From: Thermoanaerobaculia bacterium | GTDB taxonomy: Bacteria > Acidobacteriota > Thermoanaerobaculia > Gp7-AA8 | Direction of reading: 5' to 3' | DNA length: 64,000 bases | Assembly (NCBI GenBank): GCA_038244815.1 | Contig: JBBRTB010000001.1 | Location: forward strand, 40,099 to 104,098 | Shown here: one piece after another, positions 55,727 through 64,000 of the stretch | How the letters are laid out: each line of letters begins with the position of its first letter | How positions within the stretch are numbered: the stretch's first letter is position 1 | Notes under the pieces: generated by a model | What the model was told of the DNA's origin: nothing | Seen by the model: the letters and a program-made list of their open reading frames with translations, nothing else | Databases searched by the model: none | Program-made: the position numbers and the translations under genes

Positions 55727-56262
55727 TGGTACTCCTTCGCCTGGATCTCGATCTTACTGACCGCTGCCTGCGAGTATGTGAGCTCGTCTTTTGCCATGCG
55801 TTGCGCGCCGGCCTCGAGCTTCACGCCATCCTTGTGTTTCTCGACGACGAAGTCGTCCGCGGTGCAGTACTCGAAATAGAGGTCCAGCAACACCGCCGTC
55901 GCGCGCGTGTTCGTGACCTTGTACGTGATCACATACGTCCTGCCGATCGAGTAAGGCGTGGAACTGAGCTGCCCTTCGAGCTTCACGCCTTCGGGAGCGA
56001 CGATCGCTTCCGGCTCCTGGTACGAGGTGGCATGCACCGCTTCCACCACGGGGACTGCCGCCGGGAGCGCCGATCGGGGCCTGGCCGAGGGCCGCAGATT
56101 CTGAGCGGCCTTCTCGTTTGCGTCCACCTGGGTTCTCACGGTGTCGAGGCGGCTCGACAGCTCGTGACGATGCCGGGCATCGTCCGGAGGTTCGTGGATA
56201 TAGCCCGCGGCCGCGACGACCAGCAGTCCGCCGAGCGCGGCGAAGACCGGCCCCGCACGCAT
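55723..56262 (-). CDS. secreted/anchored hypothetical protein
   Basis: N-terminal hydrophobic segment; first gene of a 3-gene overlapping operon. Confidence 0.45.
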   Translation of the reverse strand: MRAGPVFAALGGLLVVAAAGYIHEPPDDARHRHELSSRLDTVRTQVDANEKAAQNLRPSARPRSALPAAVPVVEAVHATSYQEPEAIVAPEGVKLEGQLSSTPYSIGRTYVITYKVTNTRATAVLLDLYFEYCTADDFVVEKHKDGVKLEAGAQRMAKDELTYSQAAVSKIEIQAKEYQ

Positions 56263-56289
56263 GCGCAGTCATTGTAGGACGACCCCTGG

Positions 56290-56997
56290 CTACTCGAGCT
56301 CCCGCGCCTGCATGCGCTCGCGGAAGTAATTCTGTCCGCGGTCGTAGCCGACGCGGAACGCCGCGGTGCGGCACGGGCCGGGATAGCACGTCTCGATGTA
56401 GGCGACGACATCGTCGTAGTCGCGGCCACGGGTGGTCGGATGCAGAGCCGCCTCGAAGCCGGATCGATAGTCGGCCTCGATCGGACCGAGCTCCTGGCCG
56501 CGCGATCGAAGGTAGTCGCACTCGCGATCCTGCAGCGCGAGCCACCACGCACGCCGCCCGCCCTGAACGGGCCGAGATCCCGCGCGCTCGAGCAGATTGC
56601 GAGCCTGCGTCTCCTGCGTCGAGTCGCGCGCATCGACGATGACGAGGGCATTGCCGTTACGGATGGCCTCTTCGTAAAAGTAGAGATCCTCGTTCGGGAT
56701 GCCGTGCGTGTAACGGTCGATCGCGGCGCGCGCCGCGGATCCGAGGGCCGTTCCGATCAGCGCCGTGGCGATCGTGCCCACGCCGAGTACCGGCCCGAGG
56801 CCTGGCAGGAACGTGGCCAGGCCCTGACCGGTGATGCCGCCGATGGCGGTACCGCCACCCTTCCCGTGCTCACGGAACGAAGATTCGCCACGGGTCAGGG
56901 CGTTGATCTGGCGCTCGTCGAATCCGTGCGTCCTCAGGACGTGCATCGCGTCTTCCGCTTCTGCCGGGGACGCGAAGATAGCGGTGACCGTGCTCAT
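56290..56997 (-). CDS. DUF1269/YflT-like general-stress-type protein
   Basis: N-terminal alpha/beta unit (VTAIFASPAEAEDAMHVLRTHGFDERQI) plus Gly-rich hydrophobic core; ATG 56997. Confidence 0.45.
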   Translation of the reverse strand: MSTVTAIFASPAEAEDAMHVLRTHGFDERQINALTRGESSFREHGKGGGTAIGGITGQGLATFLPGLGPVLGVGTIATALIGTALGSAARAAIDRYTHGIPNEDLYFYEEAIRNGNALVIVDARDSTQETQARNLLERAGSRPVQGGRRAWWLALQDRECDYLRSRGQELGPIEADYRSGFEAALHPTTRGRDYDDVVAYIETCYPGPCRTAAFRVGYDRGQNYFRERMQARELE

Positions 56998-57062
56998 GAC
57001 GTCCTCACGCCGGGGAGGCGTGCACGCTTTCGGCCAGACCGGACGCGCGTACAATCGCTGCG

Positions 57063-58145
57063 ATGAGCATGAACCCCGTTCTGCCGCTTCCGGCAGCGGA
57101 TGCCGGCCCCACGCCGCAGCTGGTGGGGAGGCGCGTGACGGCGGAAGAGATCGCCGCATGGACTCTGCTTGGGGCGCTGCTCCTGTTCGTGCTCTTTCAG
57201 CATCTGGTCTCCGCGGCCGTGGTGGCCCTGGCGCTCTATGTGATCCTCGAAGGTGTCACCAAACGGATCTCCCGCAGGCTGTCGGGCAGTACGGCGCGTC
57301 CACTGGCCGTGCTCATCGTCACGGCTGTAACGGCGGCGCTCGTCGTGGGAGCGATCGCTCTCGCTGTGACGATGATCCGCCATGGAGCCACCACCATCCC
57401 GGACATGATGAACCAGATGGCCGAGATCCTCGGCTCGGTCCGCCTGTGGCTCGGCGGCGTTGGTCACGAGTTCATCCCCGACGTGATGACCGACGCCGAG
57501 GATCTGAAAGCGACGATCGCGCTGTGGCTGAAGGCGCACGCGCAGACGCTCCGCGCGGGCGGCATGTACATCGGCGTCGGCCTGGTGCACGGCATCATGG
57601 GTATTCTTCTGGCGATCCTGGTCTTCTTCCGCCACGTCACGCACCACGATGAAGCGCGTCGCGGACCGCTGGCCCGTCACCTGGTCGACAAGATGGACCG
57701 GTTCAGCGACGCCTTCGCGCGCGTGGCCACGGCACAGATCAAGATCTCCATCGTCAATACGACGCTGACCGCCCTCTACCTGCTGGTGGGATTGCCGCTG
57801 TTCGGCATCCACGTTCCGTTCGCGTCGACGCTCGTGCTGGTCACATTCGTTTGCGGGTTGATTCCCGTGGTCGGCAACCTGATCTCGAACACGATGATCT
57901 GCATCCTGTCCATGGGCGTATCCGTGACCACCGCGTTCGCCTCGCTGGTGTTTCTCGTGGTCATCCACAAGCTCGAGTACCTGATCAACTCGCGGCTCGT
58001 GGGCGGGGAAACCGATTCCCAGGCCTGGGAGATCCTGATGGCCATCATTCTCGGCGAAGCGGCCTTCGGGATCGGCGGCGTCGTGCTTGCCCCGATCGTC
58101 TACGCGTTCGTAAAGCGCGAGCTCACCGATCGCGGTCTGGTCTAG
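57063..58145 (+). CDS. AI-2E family transporter (PerM/YdiK-like permease)
   Basis: 8 TM, conserved C-terminal EYLINSRLVG...GGVVLAPIV region. Confidence 0.8.
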   Translation: MSMNPVLPLPAADAGPTPQLVGRRVTAEEIAAWTLLGALLLFVLFQHLVSAAVVALALYVILEGVTKRISRRLSGSTARPLAVLIVTAVTAALVVGAIALAVTMIRHGATTIPDMMNQMAEILGSVRLWLGGVGHEFIPDVMTDAEDLKATIALWLKAHAQTLRAGGMYIGVGLVHGIMGILLAILVFFRHVTHHDEARRGPLARHLVDKMDRFSDAFARVATAQIKISIVNTTLTALYLLVGLPLFGIHVPFASTLVLVTFVCGLIPVVGNLISNTMICILSMGVSVTTAFASLVFLVVIHKLEYLINSRLVGGETDSQAWEILMAIILGEAAFGIGGVVLAPIVYAFVKRELTDRGLV

Positions 58146-58152
58146 CCACGCT

Positions 58153-58740
58153 CTAGACCGGAAGGATCCGGTCGATCCTGGCGGCCAGGACGAAATCGCT
58201 GCGCGTGAGTCCGTCGATCTTGTGCGTCCAGATCTCGATACCCACCTTTCCCCAGGCCAGATGAATGTCAGGATGATGCCCTGCCCGTTCCGCCAACGCG
58301 CCGACAGCGTTCGTGAATGAGAGCGCCTGCGCGAAATCAGGAAAGCGGAACTCCTTCTCCAGGTGGTGCCCGTCCACTACGCGCCAGCTCGATCCAAGCT
58401 CGCGCGCCACGGCGGCGAGCTCGGCTCCCGCGAGCGGGGGTACGCCACCTTTGCACGGAATGCACTCCTCGGCCGCGAGCGTCGACGCGTTCGTCGCGGT
58501 GCGATCGCGGACCAGCCGCGCGAACTCGTCCGCGGTGATGTGGTGCCGGAATATCTCCGCGTTGTCGATGCAGACGACGGGCACGTCACTCGTGTAGCGG
58601 CGGCGCAGTTCCGGATCGTTGTCGATGTCGATCTCCTCGATGCGCACGTCGAGGCCTGAGGAACGCATGACCGCTTTTGCCTCGTCGCAAAGACGACAAT
58701 CGCGGCGGGTGTACATTGTCACGTCGATCGCCGGCGCCAT
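58153..58740 (-). CDS. glutaredoxin-like (CxxC) domain fused to pterin-4a-carbinolamine dehydratase (PCD/DCoH)
   Basis: N-terminal YTRRDCRLCDEAK thioredoxin-fold; C-terminal E...HHPD...W...H....G....D PCD signature. Confidence 0.7.
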   Translation of the reverse strand: MAPAIDVTMYTRRDCRLCDEAKAVMRSSGLDVRIEEIDIDNDPELRRRYTSDVPVVCIDNAEIFRHHITADEFARLVRDRTATNASTLAAEECIPCKGGVPPLAGAELAAVARELGSSWRVVDGHHLEKEFRFPDFAQALSFTNAVGALAERAGHHPDIHLAWGKVGIEIWTHKIDGLTRSDFVLAARIDRILPV

Positions 58741-58756
58741 GCCGGGAGCTTATCCG

Positions 58757-59524
58757 ATGTCTCCGCAGAACGTCCTGAACCTCGATAGAAAAGTGGCGCT
58801 CATCACCGGAGCGTCGCGTGGCATCGGGCGGGAGACCGCACTACGGATGGCCGAGGCCGGTGCACGCGTGGTGGTGAATTACAACCGGAGCAGAGACGAA
58901 GCAGAAGAGCTGGTCCGCGCCATCGGAGAGAGCGCCATCGCCGTTCAGGCCGATGTGGCGGACCCTGGCGACGTCGAGCGCCTCGTCGACCGCACGCTCG
59001 CGGTCCACGGCCGCGTCGACATCGTGGTGAACAACGCCGCGCTCTACGCCGACAACCGATTCGATGGCGACGACTACGCGGCCTGGCAGGAGGGCTGGCG
59101 GCGCACGTTCGCGCTCAATGTCTTCGGCGCCGCTAACGTCGCTTTTCTGGCCATGCGCTCGATGCGGCAGACCGGCGGCGGCAGGATCATCAACGTCGCT
59201 TCCCGTGCCGCGTTCCGCGGGGAGACGGAATTCGCGGACTACGGCGCGTCGAAGGCCGCGCTCGTCAACCTCACGCGATCCATTGCCCGTGCCTGTGCAA
59301 AAGACGGAATCATCGCCAGCTGCGTCGCGCCCGGCTTCATCGAGACCGAGATGGCGCGCGCGTCCCTGGAGCGGGATCGACACGAGATCGTCGGCCAGAT
59401 CCCACTCGGACGCGTGGGCACACCGGAGGAGGTCGCCGGCGTCATCCTCTTTCTGGCCTCGCCGCTGGCCGGCTATCTCAATGGAGTGACCATCGACATC
59501 AACGGCGGTTCGTGGTTTCACTGA
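58757..59524 (+). CDS. SDR-family oxidoreductase (FabG-like)
   Basis: TGASRGIG Rossmann motif, NNAA, S...YxxxK catalytic triad. Confidence 0.9.
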   Translation: MSPQNVLNLDRKVALITGASRGIGRETALRMAEAGARVVVNYNRSRDEAEELVRAIGESAIAVQADVADPGDVERLVDRTLAVHGRVDIVVNNAALYADNRFDGDDYAAWQEGWRRTFALNVFGAANVAFLAMRSMRQTGGGRIINVASRAAFRGETEFADYGASKAALVNLTRSIARACAKDGIIASCVAPGFIETEMARASLERDRHEIVGQIPLGRVGTPEEVAGVILFLASPLAGYLNGVTIDINGGSWFH

Positions 59525-59608
59525 GGGTGGCAGACGGTTTCGAAGCAGGGCGCCGAGGAAGCGGTGGAGGGGGCGGCTCAGAATTTGCTGTGAGTGTAGT
59601 GAGGCGTC

Positions 59609-59809
59609 ATGATGTCTTCGATTTTCATCACACTGATTGTCATCGCTGCCGCGGTCGCGCTCGGTGTGGCACTGGCGTATCTGCCGATGCGGCTGCTCCT
59701 TTCCCACCTCGCCAGAAACGTGCGCGAGTTCATCCAGCGCCAGCGCGACCGCCGCACGAGTTCCCGCGACACGCCGGACCGGCGCAATGAAGCGCCGCAG
59801 CAGCCCTGA
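59609..59809 (+). CDS. small TM protein (66 aa), hypothetical
   Basis: Single hydrophobic helix then basic tail; weak. Confidence 0.3.
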   Translation: MMSSIFITLIVIAAAVALGVALAYLPMRLLLSHLARNVREFIQRQRDRRTSSRDTPDRRNEAPQQP

Positions 59810-59824
59810 GGCGAACCGTTACAA

Positions 59825-59917
59825 GTCATTCCGAGCGCCGGAGAGCGCGAGGAATCTGGGCGGGGGAGCACACCGCCTCCGCCCGAATTTCTCGCCGTCT
59901 TCGCGGCTCGGAATGAC
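59825..59917. repeat. ~95-bp imperfect palindromic intergenic element (copy B), convergent spacer; overlaps tlpA stop
   Basis: GTCATTCCGAGCGCCGGAGAGCGCGAGGAATCTGGGCGG...TTCGCGGCTCGGAATGAC. Confidence 0.5.
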
Positions 59918-60418
59918 TCAGCGGGCCAGGGCGGATTCGAGCGCCGTGGTCATGGCCGCATCCCTCATGTCCACGATTCCGAAGTGTTTCCAGACGATGT
60001 TCCCGGACCGGTCGACGATGACCGAGGTCGGAATCACCGACGTCTTGAAGATCGTGGCCAGGTTGCCGTCGGGATCGACCACGATCGGGTAGGCGATCTT
60101 CTCATCGGCAACGAACGGCTTGACGTCGGCGGCACCCCCTTCGTCCACGCTGACGCCGATGACCTTGAATCCGCGGCTGGCATACTTCGCGTGGAGTTTC
60201 TGCAGTTCCGGGATCTCGAAGCGGCATGGACCGCACCACGTCGCCCAGACGTTGAGCAGAACGACGTTGCCCTTCTCGCCGGCGATATCGAACGGCCGCC
60301 CATCGAGCCACTGCGCCTTGTACGCCGGCATGGGCGGACCGGACGGCTTGACCACGGTTTCCTGTTGGTGGCAGGCGGCGATGAGCAGCAGCGCCGCGAA
60401 CGAAAGACATTTCTTCAT
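59918..60418 (-). CDS. TlpA-family thiol:disulfide oxidoreductase lipoprotein
   Basis: Lipobox LLIAAC; WATWCGPC redoxin motif. Confidence 0.85.
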   Translation of the reverse strand: MKKCLSFAALLLIAACHQQETVVKPSGPPMPAYKAQWLDGRPFDIAGEKGNVVLLNVWATWCGPCRFEIPELQKLHAKYASRGFKVIGVSVDEGGAADVKPFVADEKIAYPIVVDPDGNLATIFKTSVIPTSVIVDRSGNIVWKHFGIVDMRDAAMTTALESALAR

Positions 60419-60958
60419 CTACAACCCCTCACCCGGCCCTGTCGGCTCGATGTGCAGCGCGTTCGTGATGCGATTGAAATAGTTGAAGAGCCCGGCCATC
60501 GCCGAAATCTCGAGGATCTCTCCCTCTTCGTAGTGCTTGCGCAGCCTTGCGAACAACTCGTCGCCAACCCGATTGGCGTCGAAGGTGAGCTGCCGTGCGA
60601 ACTCCAGCGCCACTTTCTCCCTTTCCGTGAACGGCCCGCTCTCGAAGTCGACGAGCTGATCGAGCTGCTGATCGGTGGCTCCATGCCGCGCAGCCTGCGC
60701 GGTGTGGGAGCGGTTTCAATACTCACACGAGTTGAGCCGCGACACCAGCGACGCCACCAGCTCCTTCGTCTTGACCGGCACCGTACCGGTGTTCGTGATG
60801 GCCTGAAGGTGCGCCGCCATCGTTGTCAGGATCTCCGGCCGGTGGGCGTAGATGCGGAACATGTTCGGCACGTTCCCGCGCTGCTCCCCCACCCGATTGA
60901 AGAGATCGAGGACTTCACCGCCAACCTGATCTTTCGAGAGTCTCGTCAGTCGAGCCAT
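60419..60958 (-). CDS. AhpD/carboxymuconolactone-decarboxylase-family protein with in-frame UGA at the active-site CxxC (candidate selenoprotein CEYU)
   Basis: ORFs 60716-61237 and 60419-60613 share a frame; joined sequence ...SRLNSCEY-U-NRSHTAQAARHG...EREKVALEFARQLT fits CMD-family core; hairpin 13 nt after UGA. Confidence 0.55.
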
Positions 60959-60961
60959 GCC

Positions 60962-61001
60962 CCATTGTAAAAACAAAAACGCCCCGCAAATTGCGGGGCG
61001 T
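60962..61001 (-). terminator. Rho-independent terminator downstream of rplY
   Basis: ACGCCCCGC-AAUUU-GCGGGGCGU stem-loop followed by UUUUUGUUUUU on minus strand. Confidence 0.55.
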
Positions 61002-61031
61002 TCGTCTGCAGCGTCGCACGGCAGGAAAAAT

Positions 61032-61694
61032 CTACTCTTCCGCCTTCTCTTCGACTTTGCCCTTCTTGATGAGTTCGGGCTCGGCCGGCACGGCGCCCGC
61101 TTCCACCGGCGCCACTTCCTCGACGACTTCCGCGCGCGCATGCGTGACGCCCATGACGACGCGCTCCGGATCCTCGAGAATCTTGATGCCCGTTGGCACT
61201 TTGAGATCCGACACGCGAATGTAGTCGTGCATGCCAACCTCTTCCACGTTCACGTCGATCGCGTCCGGAATCGCTCCCGGCAGACACTCTACGTGAAGCT
61301 CGCGGATCTGCCAGTCCAGGACGCCGCCTTCCTTCACACCACGAGACGTCCCACTGAGATGCACAGGGACGTTGACGCGGACAACCTCGTCCATCATCAC
61401 GCGGACGAAGTCGATGTGGATCATCTTCCTGGAGATCGGATCGATCTGGATGTCCTTGATCATGGCGTGACGCTGCTGATCGGTGCCCGTCATCTTGAGC
61501 AGGAAGATCGAACGCACCCCGTGCTCGCTCTTCTGAACCAGCTCCGCCACCGACTTGCGGTCGACGGTGATCGCCACCGGCTCACGATGGCCGCCGTAGA
61601 CGACGGCAGGCACACGGCCTTCGCGGCGCAGCTTCTTCGCGATTTCTTTCCCCACCGACTCCCGGCGCACGACTTCCAAACTCACCTCGGCCAT
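61032..61694 (-). CDS. rplY: 50S ribosomal protein L25 / general stress protein Ctc
   Basis: L25/Ctc N-terminal beta-barrel (RVPAVVYG...EPVAI) plus acidic C-terminal extension. Confidence 0.85.
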   Translation of the reverse strand: MAEVSLEVVRRESVGKEIAKKLRREGRVPAVVYGGHREPVAITVDRKSVAELVQKSEHGVRSIFLLKMTGTDQQRHAMIKDIQIDPISRKMIHIDFVRVMMDEVVRVNVPVHLSGTSRGVKEGGVLDWQIRELHVECLPGAIPDAIDVNVEEVGMHDYIRVSDLKVPTGIKILEDPERVVMGVTHARAEVVEEVAPVEAGAVPAEPELIKKGKVEEKAEE

Positions 61695-61760
61695 AAAGCT
61701 CCCCTCAACGGATTTCGACAAAAGTTGGGAAAGTCGGGGCGGCCCGGCCTTATTCCCGGC

Positions 61761-62708
61761 TCACATTTCGAACAGCGAGCTCACCGAGTCCTCGTCGTGG
61801 ATCCTCTTGATCGCCTCGGCCAGAAGCTCGGCGATCGACAGGACGTGCAGTTTCGGACACTCCTGCTCCTTGTCGGTCATGGGCATGCTGTTGGTGGCGA
61901 ACACCTGATCGAGCTTCGACTTGTTGATCCGCTCGACCGCAGGTCCGGAGAGGACGCCGTGGGTGCAGGAGGCCGAAATGGACCGCGCGCCCTGGGCCAG
62001 CAGCGCCTCGACGGAGTGGATGAGCGTCCCGCCCGTATCGATGATGTCGTCGACGACGAACACGTTCCGGTCCTCGACGTCGCCGATGATGTGCATGACC
62101 TCGGTCTGGTTGGCGGCGGTGCGGCGCTTGTCGATGATGGCCAGGGTCGCGCCGAGGCGCTTGGCGTAGGCGCGGGCGCGCTCCACGCCCCCGGCGTCGG
62201 GCGAGACGATGGTCAGGTCGGTCATGTTCAGCTTCTTGAGATGTCCGACGATGACCGGCGCGGCGAAGAGATGATCGACGGGGATGTTGAAAAAGCCCTG
62301 GATCTGGGCGGCGTGCAGGTCGAGCGTCAGGACGCGGTCGGCGCCCGCCGCGGTGATGAGATCGGCCACGAGCTTGGACGTGATGGGAACGCGCGGCTTG
62401 TCCTTCCGGTCCTGTCTGGCATAGCCGTAATACGGGATCACCGCCGTGACGCGCCGCGCAGAGGAGCGCTTGAACGCGTCGAGCATGATCAGCAGCTCCA
62501 TGAGGTGATCGTTGACCGGAGGACAGGTGGGCTGGATGACGAAGACGTCGGCGCCGCGCACGTTCTCGTCGATCTGCACGTAGTTCTCGCCGTCGGAAAA
62601 ACTGTAGAGCGTGACGTGCCCGCATTCGACGTCGAGGCGTGCGCAGATCTCCGAGGCCAGGGCCGGGTGGGCCCGGCCGGAGAAGACTTTCAGCAGCGGA
62701 CTGTGCAA
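61761..62708 (-). CDS. prs: ribose-phosphate pyrophosphokinase
   Basis: PRPP-binding VDHL...DDIIDTGGT motif, 315 aa. Confidence 0.95.
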   Translation of the reverse strand: MHSPLLKVFSGRAHPALASEICARLDVECGHVTLYSFSDGENYVQIDENVRGADVFVIQPTCPPVNDHLMELLIMLDAFKRSSARRVTAVIPYYGYARQDRKDKPRVPITSKLVADLITAAGADRVLTLDLHAAQIQGFFNIPVDHLFAAPVIVGHLKKLNMTDLTIVSPDAGGVERARAYAKRLGATLAIIDKRRTAANQTEVMHIIGDVEDRNVFVVDDIIDTGGTLIHSVEALLAQGARSISASCTHGVLSGPAVERINKSKLDQVFATNSMPMTDKEQECPKLHVLSIAELLAEAIKRIHDEDSVSSLFEM

Positions 62709-62855
62709 GCGGCGGAGATTATACAGAGGGAAGGGCTATGCGGGACTGGCCCGTCGTGAGCGGGCCGGCTCCCACCATCAACCGCGTGCAGATGCAGTTC
62801 GAGGCGATGAAATGGGTGCGCTACCCGGGCGACTGCGGATCTGAGGCACCCCGTT

Positions 62856-63500
62856 CTACCGGCAGTCCTCTACATCTTTGCCATCGACGCGATAGACCGT
62901 CACATGCGACCGCGAGCCGTATCCCTTTCTCACGAACGGGCGCGCGGACTTCGGCCCCGTGCCGATGAAGACGTCGATATGCGCTCCGCCGAAGTGGCCG
63001 CGATCGTTGGCCACGAACTTCCCGTCGTGGACCGTTCCATCCGGAAGCCGTGCGCCTTTCAGTTGCGGGATGTAAAGGGTCGATCCGAGTCTCACGAAAC
63101 GAGGATTGACGGCAATGGTGCGGTAGGGAACGAGCGCACAACCCGTGCTTCCGATTCCGTAGCGGGACTTGAGGACCCGAAAGCGGCTCTCGCCGCGCAC
63201 TCTCCCGTCGTACATCACCGTGCGGCCGTCGCGGAGCCAGCCGGTTCCTTCCATCATCAATTCTCTTCTGAATTTCCGCGTCGTCGTCGCGATCACGTGC
63301 CCGCGCACGTCGCGAAGCTCGGCAGTGCGTTTACCGCGATAACGCGACGACGATTCGTCGATCACCCAGTAGAACGTCATCAGCGCGCGTCCCACTCTCT
63401 TGTGGGTCGCTGCCCAGGCGGGGAGAGCGATCGCGCAGGTCAGTACGATCGCGGCGATGGCACGTCGGGAGAATCCCGAGGCGTTCGGATCCCTGCCCAC
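62856..63500 (-). CDS. secreted 3D-domain (MltA-like) protein
   Basis: Signal peptide; IAVNPRFVRLGSTLYI...GHFGGAHIDVF matches 3D-domain Asp-containing motifs. Confidence 0.6.
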   Translation of the reverse strand: MGRDPNASGFSRRAIAAIVLTCAIALPAWAATHKRVGRALMTFYWVIDESSSRYRGKRTAELRDVRGHVIATTTRKFRRELMMEGTGWLRDGRTVMYDGRVRGESRFRVLKSRYGIGSTGCALVPYRTIAVNPRFVRLGSTLYIPQLKGARLPDGTVHDGKFVANDRGHFGGAHIDVFIGTGPKSARPFVRKGYGSRSHVTVYRVDGKDVEDCR

Positions 63501-63596
63501 GGCCGGATCATACCGTGGCGTTCGGGGCGGCCCGGCGCGGTGGCCGAGGCCGGTCGGTGCCGGACGCGAATCGGCATCCGGCGATCAGCGAGGTGT

Positions 63597-63673
<77 letters not shown>

Positions 63674-63733
63674 CTGATCGAGGCGAACGGGATTCTACGG
63701 GTCGCAACACGCCGCGGCAACTGCTGATTTCCC

Positions 63734-64000
63734 CTATGACGACGCACGCCACAACGTAACCAGCACTCCCACGCCGACGAGGATGAGCAGCAGGGGCCAG
63801 AAAAAGCTGCGCGACTTCACTGGTTTTTCGCCCTCTGCGGGCTGAGTGGTGGCCGAGGTGTCCAACGTTGCGCTCGTCGATGCGGTGCTCGACTCCGTCG
63901 CCGGCGCGGTCTCCAGCGGCGAAGTCACACTCGGCGAAGTCACACTCGGCGTCGGCGTTGGAGCGGCTGTCTGCGTGGCCACGAACGCCGGAGGTGTCGT
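63734..64000 (-). CDS. partial ORF: Thr/Ser/Pro-rich low-complexity region ending in a C-terminal TM helix; 5' end outside window
   Basis: ORF continues to window edge; composition only. Confidence 0.3.
   Translation of the reverse strand, partial: TTPPAFVATQTAAPTPTPSVTSPSVTSPLETAPATESSTASTSATLDTSATTQPAEGEKPVKSRSFFWPLLLILVGVGVLVTLWRASS

Overview
This 64-kb, high-GC (~68%) window is mostly chromosomal housekeeping sequence with a few accessory islands. The gene content (PD40/TolB-repeat Ser/Thr kinase, M56 BlaR1-like sensor, CarbopepD_reg secreted protein) is consistent with an Acidobacteriota/Gemmatimonadota-like soil bacterium; this is an inference only.

Secure calls are der (EngA), a zwf-opcA-pgl pentose-phosphate operon, zapA followed by a 6S-like RNA candidate and then rny-ymdB, prs-rplY, a thiolase, an M20 peptidase, a molybdopterin oxidoreductase, a mutasome cassette imuA-imuB-dnaE2, and a tRNA-Arg(CCG).

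The observations I rate most interesting are:
- An AhpD/CMD-family gene whose conserved CxxC active site reads C-E-Y-UGA. A hairpin follows 13 nt downstream and a TlpA thioredoxin is translationally abutted, so this is a candidate selenoprotein.
- A BlaI / BlaR1-like (M56) pair. The sensor's extracytoplasmic domain is built from ~29-aa tandem repeats that recur in two adjacent paralogous secreted proteins.
- A 34-nt GAAACC(GAGGCCC)3GAGGCCT element inserted in frame once in imuB and twice in dnaE2, with further heptamer-repeat copies nearby.
- A low-GC four-helix-bundle gene flanked by (TGCAAAA)n inverted repeats, inserted between imuB and dnaE2.
- Diverged duplicate fragments of the kinase and of the der 3' end that bracket a 3.9-kb insert. 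The insert carries a PDZ protein, a large CarbopepD_reg protein and a small Cys/Gly-rich secreted peptide whose signal peptide is interrupted by an in-frame TGA.
- A ~95-bp palindromic intergenic repeat present in two copies.

The many long Arg/Ala-rich ORFs in alternate frames of real genes are high-GC artefacts and are not reported as features. No CRISPR array and no rRNA genes were seen.
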